64,000 bases of DNA, taken from Camelus dromedarius (Eukaryota). Both the position numbers and the translations under genes were made by a program. The DNA lies in the NCBI RefSeq assembly GCF_036321535.1, contig NC_087438.1, positions 2,792,001 to 2,856,000 of the forward strand, read 5' to 3'. Numbering within the stretch: position 1 is the first letter of the stretch; every line of letters begins with the position of its first letter. The notes beneath the pieces are model-generated. The model saw only the letters and a list, made by a program, of their open reading frames with translations, did no database searches and was not told the DNA's origin. This document shows positions 53,286 through 64,000 of this stretch, piece after piece.

Positions 53286-53883
53286 TTCTTTTCTTTTTTT
53301 TATTCTTTTTTAAAACATTTTTTTATTGAGTTATAGTCATTTTACAATGTTGCGTCAAATTCCAGTGTGGAGCACAATTTTTCATTTATACATGAACATA
53401 CATATAGTCATTGTCACATTTTTTTTCACTGTGAGCCACCACAAGATCTTGTATATATTTCCCTGTGCTATACAGTATAATGTTGTTTATCTATTCTGCA
53501 TATGCCTGTCAGGATCCACAGATTTTGAACTCCCAGTCTGTCCCTTCCCACCCCCCACCCTTGTCAACCTCAAGTTTGTATTCTATGTCTATGAGTCTGT
53601 TTCTGTTTTGTATTTATGTTCATTTTTTTCAATGTTCACAGCAGCACTATTTACAATAGCCAAGACATGGAAACAGCCTAAATGTCCATCAACAGATGAC
53701 TGGATAAAGAAGAAGTGGTATGTTTACACAATGGAATACTATTCAGCCACAAAAACTGACAACATAACGCCATTTGCAGCAACATGGACGTTCCTGGAGA
53801 ATGTCATTCTAAGTGAAATAGGCTAGAAAGAGAAAGAAAAATACCATATGAGATCGCTCATATGTGGAATCCCAAAAAAAAAA
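53286..53883 (-). mobile_element. Young L1 with 5' inversion, junction at about 53630
   Basis: 53286-53630 antisense 3' UTR with T tail; 53631-53883 sense ORF2 C-terminus (MFTAALFTIAKTWKQPKCPSTDDWIKK..). Confidence 0.92.
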
Positions 53884-55667
53884 AGAGCATAAGCCCCACT
53901 TCTAAGACAAAATATCATTTAGCCAGAAATTCTTAAGGCTTTTTTAAAACAAAGAAAATGATCATTTTCATCATCAACCAAATGGAACAAAATGATCACA
54001 GACACACAACAGACACAGTGCAGCCAGGGAGGAGGGAGCGTGAGGAGAAGGAAGGGAGCTACCAAACGTCTACAGCTGCCCGCCTGCCTCTGCTCCGTCC
54101 CACAGCCTTGGAGCTCACGGTGAGAGCCTCCGAGATCAGCCTGTGTCCATACTGACCTCAACTACGTCATGCATTTGGCCTGTTTCTGAGCTACAGGGTC
54201 ACAGAGAAAGACACATGTGACGGGAGACGGCACTCTGGGACACTCCAATTGAAAACTAAGTTTGGCAGATAATATGTTAAACAGCTTCGTCTTAGTAACA
54301 GAGACACATATGGGTGAGCTTAAGTTCCCAAATAGCTCACGCACCATGTCAACGCAGATAGGATTTCCTTAAAACAGAAAGGCTTAGTGACAAGAATTCT
54401 AAGAAACTCACTAAGAAGAGAAAAAAAATAATTATGTTGCAAAATTCATACTTACAGCGACTTCTCTTGAACTCGGTTGAGTCGAGGAGCAAAGATTTGG
54501 ACTTGATTCCAAGTTATGTGCTGGCATGGAGCGAGACGGAAGCTGAATAAGTCACAGTCGCAGGCACCGTTGGCACTTTCCGAGGTTCATTAAAGCAGGG
54601 TCCCTTAGGGGCTTGTCATGGGCACGCCCAGGAAGACGAGCGGCGCGGAGAGACCCGATGCCTCTTTAGTCCTTAGCCGCCTCCTCTCCACTCCTTCCGC
54701 AGGAGGGGCGGCCTGAGCCCAGAGCAGCGGGATTGCCACCAATGCCCCCAGTTTCAGCTGGCGATTGCGACCGCCGCTGCTGTTTGAATGAATAAAGAGG
54801 ACACAGAAGTTCCTTCTGTGCACCTCCAAAATGGCAGATTCTGGTATCTGTTCAGCATCTTAACCAAACGTCAGGTTTGACTGCTTGGTTTTAACTCAGT
54901 CGACTGACCACAGTGGTGAATCCGGCACCTTGGAGACTTGGCTTCAGTGGAAAATGCCAGTTGAATGAGTTCTTCGGCTGTAAAATGTCAGTCGTACATT
55001 TGGCATACTGTGGGTCACGCAAGTGGCTGATTGATTGGGGAGAATTCTGTTTTCATTTTTCTAACAGCAGTTTTGGCATCAGAGAAAATTAAACACTAAG
55101 ACTCTGAAACATCCTAGGGAAAGCCGTGTAGCTGGACCAGTAACTGTCAGAAAAAGTCGCAGAAGAAACATTGTGCCAAACACAGGGTCTGTTTTACAAT
55201 AATAATTCTGAGAGGTCCTTGGAATTATTTTTTTTCCATACACTACCTGCCAGGCAGAAGCCGCCTAGTGTTCCCTGTGAGTTTTCTAAGGTTTGTAAAA
55301 ACAGTATCATGAAAAGGCCTCTTTTCATGTAACGTGTAGGAGGTGTCCATCAAGCCAGATTGCGGACACTGCTTGTCCCAGGGACTGAGTGACGAGCTAA
55401 GAGGGAGGAAGGAAGAAAAGGTGGTCCTGAGGTCATGGAGTCGGAGTCAGTGGGCAAAGAGCAGAGTCGTACAAAAAGTCAGCCACCAGAAGTGCCATCC
55501 AAGGCAAAAGAGGACTCAGGGTCCAGGAAGTGAGGACAACGCTCAACATCGTCACGTCTTTCCAGACCGAGACTCCTGAAGCCGCCCTCGGCTCTGTGCT
55601 TTCTTTCACCTTACATGTGCAGGGCTTCAAATCTTTTTGGCCCGACCTTTAAAAAGGACGTGGTCAA

Positions 55668-55910
55668 AAAACTGAAAATAGACTCACCCTGTGATCCAGC
55701 CATCTCACTCCTGGGCACATATCCAGAGGGGAGTCTAATTTGAAAAGACAGCTGCACCCCAATGCTCATAGCAGCACTGTATACAATAGCCAAGACATGG
55801 GAGCAACCTGAATGTCCATCACAGCTGACTGGATAAAGAAGCTGTGGTACATTTATACCATGGAATACTCCTCGGCCATAAAAAAGAATAAAATAATGCC
55901 ATTTGCAGCC
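55668..55910 (+). mobile_element. L1 ORF2 C-terminal fragment
   Basis: 'tgatccagccatctcactcctgggcacatatcc...tggataaagaagctgtggtac...atgccatttgcagc'. Confidence 0.9.
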
Positions 55911-55989
55911 TGGACTGTGGCTGCAGTAGGTTTCCCTTGGACTCCCTCTGACGGCCCCCATGCCCTAACTCTCTGCTGCCTCCCCCAGC

Positions 55990-56426
55990 TCGCAGTGTCC
56001 TAGCAACGCTGGCCTCCCCGCAGGCCCTCAAATGTAACATGTACACGCTCTCCTGCTTCCTTCACAGTGGCCATTCATTCCCTCCATGGGGCTGCTTCTC
56101 CCCCCGGGAGCTTCGTGGTGAATTCCTTCACCTCCTTCCAATCCCAGTTTCTCAGTGAAGCCCACCTTACCCATCGTATTTAAACTTGCAAGCACATCCC
56201 TGCCCAGCCCGCCTCTCGCTCCTGTGCCCAGTCCTGCACCACGCTGACGCCTTCAGTGCGATAGAGCGCTTGCTTATTTATCCTGTGACGTTGATGGTCT
56301 CAGCTTCCCAGGAGAATGCGAGTCACCGAGGGAGAGGTCTTCTCCGTCTCTGTTCATGGATGCACCCCAAAGGGTTGAAATGATGTCTGCCAGGTGGTAG
56401 AGGCTCAGAAAAGATTTGCAGGATGA
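55990..56426 (+). mobile_element. L2a-like 3' region
   Basis: 'ttctcagtgaagcccacctt', 'tctgttcatggatgcacccca...caggtggtagaggctcagaaaagatttgcaggatgaa'. Confidence 0.7.
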
Positions 56427-57914
56427 AAAAAAAAATCAAGGAATAATTAGCAAATATTCTTTAAAAAACAGGAGAGAGGCAGCCTGCTGTCCCGGAAGAA
56501 GCTGGCCTGGCTTTGCTCTTGGATCTAGCTGGGTATCAGCTGCCCTGGGGCCTGAGGTGGTAAGTCAAAACTAGGAGAGTCTGAGCCGAGTAGCAGGTCG
56601 TGGAGCCAACCCAGAAATCCGATGGTGGCATGAACCTGGCGTCTCCTCCTTTATTAACGGGTACACTGTGCAGGATGGGGTGCCGTGTGGCTGGAGACTG
56701 GGTTTCCTCTTCCAACTTCTCATCTTAATCTTAGAATAATTTGAGATCAAATGCAGTATCTTGGGCACTGTTAAGGTCCATGTGTGCGTGACTATGTGTC
56801 TGCCCATTAAAATATTTATAACTTGAGATACAGCAAAGATATTATAGGAAGATACTAAGTAACCTCAACTTGAAAAATTGGCCATTAAGATTTTCATTAG
56901 AAACAAAGTGTTCAGGTTAGCGTAGTATCATTCTATTTACCACCTTGTTTCAAGTCTTCCAGTTGGAAAACATTCAATTATGAAGAGGGAAGGCTTCTAT
57001 TTTATTGTATATTTTATCTGTGCAGAAAAATCAGCGCCCCCAATGCGTGATGATCTTGGCATGTAAAGTGTTGACCGCGCACCCCTGCAGTGTCCTGGCA
57101 CGTCCGCCTTCTAATGGTGCCGATTGAATGTCTTTTAATTTGTCCATTCATTATTTACCTATCATGAAGGAAAAAAACTATCTAACTTAGAGATCTGTTT
57201 TCAGCCTGGAAGAAATGCATAGAAATCCAGGCAGGTACCAGGCATAGAGAAAGCAGCGATGGGACACTGTCACGTCACGTGAGGGAGCTGCCGTGGGGGT
57301 TCAGCTGATTTATTTTTTCACAAAATGTGATAGTTTCCAATTTCTTGCCAGGAAATATTTACATTTAACCTAATATAATTAGGAAATCACTGAGCTGAAA
57401 CATTACATAGGTGGGTTTTCATTATAATTTCGGCATAATGTCTCACACATTTTCTAGACAGTAATTAGATGCATTAAGGATGAATGATTCCTTCGGGGCT
57501 TATTCAAGAGATTTTTCTTCCAAATTTGTGTCAAGGGTCACCCAGGGTGGAAAACACTGTCTATCACTAAGACGACTGCAGATAAAATCTTCTGAAATGA
57601 ACCAGTGGCCATGGCCCCCAAATTTGGACATTTAAATTAGCCAGGGCATCAAATGTTCTCCCCCTGAGCTGTACCCCAAGCAGAAGACTGACAGAGCAAG
57701 AGCTTCCCTATATATATATATTTTTTTTTTTCACACACACATTATACTGGTATTTTGAGGAAATTAATTGAGTATAGATCTCTACTAAAATAAATGGAGG
57801 TTGGGACAAAACAAGAGTATGATTGACATTACAGGTAAAGTATTATCAACTTAATTTCAATAAGAAGGTGAAAGTCGACAGAGGATTGTCTGTTTTCAAT
57901 CTGATGACTTCGAG

Positions 57915-58030
57915 GGCTCCAGTTTCATTTAGCTGTCTTAACCCTTTTGAGCCTCAGTTCCCCCTCCACATAATGGGGAACTATACTGTATAATCTTTTA
58001 AGTTTATCCAAGATATAAAAAACTCTGATA
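57915..58030 (+). mobile_element. MIR fragment
   Basis: 'cttaacccttttgagcctcagttccccctccacataatgggga'. Confidence 0.65.
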
Positions 58031-58208
58031 CTTTGTAATATGTGTGCTGTTTTGTAATGATTATGTTAAAAATCTATTTAAATATATCTCAGAGCATCTT
58101 TGAGTATTACAGTTTTGGGGGTTTTGGTTTGTTTTTTCAGTTTTCTTTTTAGAAATATTTATCTTGTTTTAGATTTGGTTCAGTTACATTTCATTGATTT
58201 TTTTACCC

Positions 58209-58422
58209 ATTTTTTTTAAATTGAAGTCTAGTCAGTTTACAATATTGTGTCAATTTCTGGTGCACAACATAATGTTTCAGTCATATGTATACATACATAC
58301 GTTATTTTTCATGGATTTTTTTTCATGTTAGGTTACTATAATATACTGAATATGGTTCTCTGTGCTGTACAGTAGAAACTTGTGTATCTATTTTATATGT
58401 AGTAGTTCGTATCTGCAAATCT
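58209..58422 (-). mobile_element. L1 3' end fragment
   Basis: 'ttgaagtctagtcagtttacaatattgtgtcaatttctggtg...tatctgcaaatc'. Confidence 0.9.
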
Positions 58423-58612
58423 AAATACTTACCTTTTGAATTTACTCCATGTAGTTAATGTACTTGGATCAGTTTCTTTTAAACTGAATTTTCTTTGGTA
58501 CTTGAGTCCTAATTTTCTAGTTTCTTCAAAATTCACTCCTTTCCCTCTTACTCCTCTGACATATAAATGCTATTTGGATCAATAATCTAAAATAGCATTT
58601 TAAAAGTAAAAT

Positions 58613-58785
58613 AAGTTTTCCAAATTTAGCAAATAAAAAACACAGGACATCCAGGTAAATTTGAATTTCAAATAAACAACAACAATTTTTAGTCCAAGTA
58701 TTTTCCAAACATTGCACAGGCCATACTTACACTAAGGAGAAGTGTACCCTTATCTGAAAGTCACATTTGAGCGGGGGTTTTAAAC
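58613..58785. mobile_element. MER53-like palindromic hAT MITE
   Basis: 'ccaaatttagcaaataaaaaacacaggacatccaggtaaatttgaatttcaaataaacaac...catacttacactaa...tatctgaaa'. Confidence 0.8.
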
Positions 58786-58974
58786 TTCAGCCGCCTCTTT
58801 GGAGAAGTAAATGTGCGAAACATTTAGAGCAGGTCAGATGAGAAGGTGCGCACGCCGGGGCCGAGCGGCCGCTGGTCAGCCCTGAGCTGCAGGACGGGCT
58901 CTCAGCCCGGGGCGCCCGGGCCCAGTTCAGCCTCAGCCGGCTGGCCAGCGGTCTGGCAGAGATGACGTGCCGGC

Positions 58975-59380
58975 TAAGTCTGCGTGTCAACGTGACTGGG
59001 CCCGAGGGTGCCCGGGTGACTGATGAAACATTGTGCTGGGTGCTTTGGGGTGAATTTAACGTGCACGTTGATTGAGCATCTGCCTTCCCTGCTGTGAGGG
59101 GCCTCCTGTCATCAGCCCAAACCAGAACACCAGGATAGACCGAAATGTTGCCTGTCCCCCACACTGAGGAGGGTTCTTCCTGCCTGGCTGCTTCTGAGCT
59201 GAGGCATGGTCTTTTCCTCCTTTTGGACACAAACCAAAGCATTCACTCTCTTCCAGGGCCTTAAGTCTCCGGCTTTCAGACTCGCCCAGCCTCCCCTGGG
59301 TCTCCAGCTTGCCGACAGCAGATCTGAGGATTTATCAGTCTGCATGGTCACAGGAGACAATCTCTTATAGCAAATCTCCC
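58975..59380 (+). mobile_element. MLT2-like (ERVL) LTR
   Basis: 'gtgtcaacgtgactgg...gggtgccc', 'ccctgggtctccagcttgccgacagcagatc', followed by the usual TC-rich tract. Confidence 0.8.
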
Positions 59381-59523
59381 TCTGTATCTGCCTCTCTCTC
59401 TCTGTTTCTCTCTCTCTCTCTATCTCTGTCTCTTGGTCTGTATCTCTCTGTCTCTCTGTGTTTCAGTGTCTCTGTCTCTGTGTGTCTGTCTCCATCTCTC
59501 TCTCTCTGCCTCTCTATATATCT
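59376..59523. repeat. Degenerate (TC)n/(TCTG)n tract
   Basis: Directly visible. Confidence 0.9.
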
Positions 59524-59530
59524 AGAGTCA

Positions 59531-60868
59531 TACAGATTTTGGGACTGAGAAGCATCCAGCTGCTGTAACAAAACCCCGACCTGTGGAGGTGGCTTTCGAA
59601 CTGGGCGGAGATAGAAGCTGGGAGGGATTTGACGTGCATGCTAGGGAAGGTCCAGATGACCTTGAACAGAATGCGGTAGAGATACAGATGTTAAAGATCT
59701 TTCAAGTGAAGTCCCAGATGGAAGAGAGGAACACATTATTGAAGACTGGAGGAAAGGTGATCCTTGTTATAACATGTTAAAGAGCTGGACGGAATTGTGT
59801 CCTAGAGTTTTGTGGAAGGTAGAACTTGTGAGCAATGGAATCAGATATTTAGCGGAGGACACTTCTAAGCAAAGTGTTGCAGAAGTAGGTTGGTTTCATC
59901 TTTCCACTTATAGTAAAAGGCAAGATGAGAGAGGTGAATTAAAGAAATTGTTAGCACAAAGAACCAGAACTTGAAGATTTTGGAAATTCCTTGCCTTTCC
60001 ATCTTGAAAAAAGATGAGGCTGTTTGTTTTAAAGAGTATGTCTGAACAACTATTTGATAAAGAGACTGTAGGTACCACTCATGGACTCAATTTGCCATCT
60101 CAGCAGAGCCAGAGAGGGAGATAGGGTTACACAGGCAGAGACATTGCCAGATGGAAGCAAAGGACATGGAAATGAGGTGGAACAGAGGACGGCTTTGCCC
60201 TTCTGGGATCCTACAGGATGAGATGATAGACCCATTTGCCCATGAGCTTGTGCTATCCTTCAAGAGAGGGGGAGAATGACCAGGAAGGACATTCAGAGAT
60301 GCTCAGGGCTGCTATTCTCACCACAGGCTCAGGCCCCGTGGGGGTTCCTCCTTGCTTTCGAGGTCAGGGCTGCGAATTTAGTTTCAGTGACTCAGGATGT
60401 CCCTGCCCAGAGCCTCGGGGGCAGGACTTCGCAGCAGAGATGGAGCCAGGGGTCCCTCCTGGAGCCACAAGGGTGATGCTGCCTCCCCAGTGGTCCAGGG
60501 GAGTGGTAGCGGGGAGAATCAGCCAAAGAGGACTGCTCTCCTCTCAAAGCTGCAATGGCATCTCCGTGCTGGACATTGGGCTTGCCTGGGACCCCTCATC
60601 CCTCTCTTCCTTTCCTTCTGAAATGAGAATGCTCTTCCTGTGCCTGGTCCCCCACTGCATTTTGGAAGCATATAACCCATCTGCTCTCACAGGTTCACGG
60701 CTAGAGTGAAGTTAACCTGGAGCCTCACACACGCCTGATGTAGACAATATATGGATGAGATCTTGGCCCTTAGATGTTAGAGCTGATCCTAGAAAGAGTT
60801 AAGACTTTGGGGGCTGCAGATGAGATGTATGTATTTTGCGTGAGAAAAGGACACGTATTTGGGGATGA
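59531..60868 (+). mobile_element. MaLR internal region (MLT1A-int-like)
   Basis: PBS-like 'gattttgggactgagaag', 'gtggaggtggctttcgaactggg', remnant ORF 'LCPRVLWKVELVSN..YLAE..SKQSV', end 'ttaagactttggggg..gtattttgcgtgaga'. Confidence 0.85.
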
Positions 60869-60869
60869 T

Positions 60870-61690
60870 ACGTTATGGATTAATATTTGTGTTACCTTCA
60901 AATTCATATGTTGAACCTTAACCCCCAGTGTGGCCACACTTGGAGAGGGGGCCTTAAGGAAGTGATTAAACCTAAATGAGCTCATAAGGAGGGGTCTCTG
61001 AGGAAGAGAGCTCGCTCTCCTCTCTCTTGCTCCTTGTCTTTCTCTCTTTCTTCCCATGAACACACACGCTGGAAAGACCACACGGGGGTGTAGTGGGAAG
61101 CAGCCTTCTGAAAGTCGGGGGAGACCCCTAACCAGAAATCAAATTAAGTGGAGCTCTGATCTCAGACTTCGGCTCCAGAACTGTGACACAGTAATGTTGG
61201 TTGATGGAAATTAATCAATAGTCAACCTTTGAAAGAAGTGAAAAATGTCATTTAAGCCAAATTTGAGGATAATAATCCAGGAGGAACAGCATATCAGAAA
61301 ACTCCAAGGCCCTTTTCCTCCCACTGGAAGTCAAAGCACCATCATGTAAGCCTTTATGAGATGGGGGCTGTCCATTAAATGAGGCAGACAGTTTGCGCAG
61401 TCCCGGGCTGTAAGTGCGAAGTGGGGGGGCATCGAGGCCCCTCACGAGGTCAGGAAGGAGGGCTGTCTCTGAAGCAGTGGTCCTGCTGGGGCTGGGAGAG
61501 CGCTGCTCTCCATGGCCGGGCAGGTGTCTCTGCTAACGGGGCACGAGAGTTGCAGACACACAGACCCAGCAGCGGGGACAGAGAAAAGGTCTGCGTCTAA
61601 ATTCCTTTTGTCTTGCCGTCAAATGTGAGTTTTATTTCGTGGTCTGTGCGTTGAGCAGTCCGTGGTGCTTCGTCACAGCAACCTGTGACC
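60870..61690 (+). mobile_element. MLT1A-like 3' LTR, split by an insertion at about 61196-61633
   Basis: 'caaattcatatgttgaaccttaacccccagtgtg...ctccagaactgtga', resumes 'cagtccgtggtgcttcgtcacagcaacc'. Confidence 0.75.
61196..61633. mobile_element. Probable younger ERV solo LTR inserted in the MLT1A LTR
   Basis: About 440 bp unrelated block starting 'tgtt' that interrupts the MLT1A; family not recognised. Confidence 0.45.
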
Positions 61691-63519
61691 GGCGCAGGTG
61701 GCATTGCCACAGCCACCGTCCCGCAGACTCCGGTCTGGGGCCCCGCCAAGCCTTGAGCCCACAATGCCTGGAGGCCAAGCCCGGCTCAGAGGGCGGATGT
61801 GGGCCTCCCAGTGCTTCAGGGCTCCCTGCGCTGCGGGCACTGCTCCTTCTTGGAGGAGAGGGAAGGACTCTGTGATGACACCTCTGGTCGTAAAATTCGA
61901 TCTGGAGGTGGGGGGCCAACCGTAGAATCAGACTCTAGGTGCAGGGGGTGTATTGTACTTTCCACATTCTTTTGGACACAAAACATCTGCGACAGGCACT
62001 GGTCGTTTTGCTTAGTACTAGCTAATTTATAACGGAGACAGCAGGTCCCATTATTACAGGGACTTTCACATACTCTGGAGGCAAATGTTTTTTACAGCAT
62101 ATTTTGCAATGTGGAAATGGAATTCCTTGTGTAAGAAGATTTCTGTTTTCTATGTGCAGGGCTGAGTCTTTCCCACCTGTAGTTAAACTCCCAGCCTCCA
62201 AAATAATATATCTTTCTTCAGATTCTCTGCTATACTTTTTCTGACAGGTGGGTGACATGTATTCTTAGGATAAATAGGAAAAGGCATTTTCTTTTTGTTT
62301 ATGCTCAAGCAGCATGAGAATAAATAGGAGATGTAGCCAATTATTGCAATCTCTTGGTTATTTGCCTCATCCGTGCTGATGGGCCTGCCTCATAGTCATT
62401 TGAAATGACAGAAACTATCTTCAAAATATCACTTGATGTATTTCAGTGCTTTGCCGACAGAGCACCTAACAGTATCTATTTAACTTTTTAATTATATTTA
62501 TTTACTTTTATAATTCAACAATGTGATTTTAGTAAATGGGCTGAGCCTTTAATGACTGGGGATGAAAAGCGACAGCTCCACCTGCTGCATGCCGAGGTTC
62601 TGTTTATTTTTGTTTTTCTTCATTTCATCATTTCTTAGAAGGGGAACCCATTTCCAATTACAGCCCGTACACTTCATCTTCCTTTTGTTTATCGCCACAG
62701 GAATATTTTTAAAGCCTCCACTTTGTTATAATTGCCTTGTGTCCGTAGAACCTCGTGACTCAAAAGTACACGTCAAAGTTCCGCACTCCCTGCTGTAGAA
62801 GGTAGTGGCCAGCGACACCCACATTGACTAATTCATCAAATATTACCTAACAGTCTTCATCAAATGTTGTTGTAAGACCACGGTCTGTCCGTTGAACACT
62901 GACACATGAGGCATCTGAGGAAGGACTCTTTGTGAACTATTCTTTGCATCATAGATACACTGTTGGTGTCTACTCTGAGCCCAGAGTCAGAACCCAGCGA
63001 CCCAGGACTGTCCTGTGGGTGCCTGAGTTACTTGCAAAATGAGATCTAACCACTCCTCCTGGCTTTGTGGGAGAGCTCCTGGCCTCTCTTGCTTGAATGG
63101 CATCAAATCATCTAGGACTTTGGAGGATCAAAAGCAAAAACAGAAGAAACAACAAAACCCCCCGAATCCTTTCTCACTGCTTTGGTTGTCGTGGGCTTCT
63201 ATCATGTTGGGTTTAATGAAAATAATAATTATCAAAGAACAGTGAGAGGTGCCACCTACAGTCCCCAAACTGGCCAGTAAGAGTTGGTGCAGCAGACTGA
63301 ACGTTTCACGCCCTGAAGTCTAATGGTGCTTAGCAGAGGGATGGGACATCTGAGTTTATATCACATGGGAAATAGAATAAAACCAAGCCTGGTAATATGC
63401 TTAAGAAAATTCGTGCCCCCACAACTGGCTGACGTCAAAGAAATCTTCACTTCACATAATGGGTCTCGCAAAGGCTACTCACAAATGTGTTAACACGTCC
63501 GACTAGCTGCCATGTGCAG

Positions 63520-63790
63520 TGCAACTCTTTGGAGGGAGAGGACAAAACATGCTGAGTCGTTTATAAGAACTTCTGAAAACTTTAAAGCTGCAGGACAGAC
63601 AGCAAATCAGTGGTTACCAGGGGCTGACAAGGGAAAGGGGACCACCTACAAAGTGACACAAGGGGACATTTTGGAGCAATGGCACTATTCTGCATCATGG
63701 TGGGTTGTGGTGGCGAAAAACATTGTACTTTTCCCCTAAAATTGTAGTATTTAGTATATCTACATTACACGTCAGTGAAGCTGATTAAGG
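63520..63790 (+). mobile_element. L1ME-like 3' end remnant
   Basis: 'agcaaatcagtggttaccaggggctg...cacaaggggacattttggagcaatgg'. Confidence 0.7.
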
Positions 63791-64000
63791 GGAAAACAAG
63801 CCAGATCAGAAACTGACTTGTCAGCAAGAGATTTCTTTTTCCCTATCAGAAATGGAAAAGAAAACGCATATTACATTTTGGTCTCTCTTCCCAATTTATC
63901 CTGCATATATTTCTTTACAGGAAAAATATATATTTAAAATAACTAGAAAAATGCAAGATAACAAGGTAATACAAAATTGTATTTTCTGGCAGGGTTTGGA

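Noticed and set aside
53326..53826. 166-aa ORF with a protein-like C-terminus
   Set aside because: Chance fusion across an L1 inversion junction: antisense 3' UTR plus L1 ORF2 tail.
1..64000. Prokaryotic systems (CRISPR arrays, operons, IS elements, defence loci)
   Set aside because: The sequence is clearly mammalian, with no regularly spaced direct repeats or dense coding organisation.

Overview
This is mammalian, probably camelid, non-coding genomic DNA, not prokaryotic. A tRNA-derived SINE resembling camelid Vic-1 and artiodactyl-type L1 3' ends are present, and I saw no Alu, B1, Bov-A, PRE or SINEC elements. I could not recognise any protein-coding gene. The supplied ORFs are chance ORFs in GC-rich DNA or remnants of L1 ORF2 and MaLR internal sequence. 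The window is a mosaic of L1, L2, MIR, MaLR/ERVL LTRs and hAT transposons, plus several CpG-rich patches and motif-rich unique stretches. The main observations are: (i) ancient repeats locally rewritten by strongly A/T->G/C-biased substitution, which may be GC-biased gene conversion scars, with some apparent CpG islands possibly being such scars; (ii) two candidate TATA-driven spliced transcription units, lncRNA- or micropeptide-like, at about 18.6 kb (+) and 39.9 kb (-); (iii) three 5'-inverted (twin-primed) L1 insertions and several nested insertions. Repeat family names come from remembered consensus similarity and boundaries are approximate. I found no convincing novel biological system.
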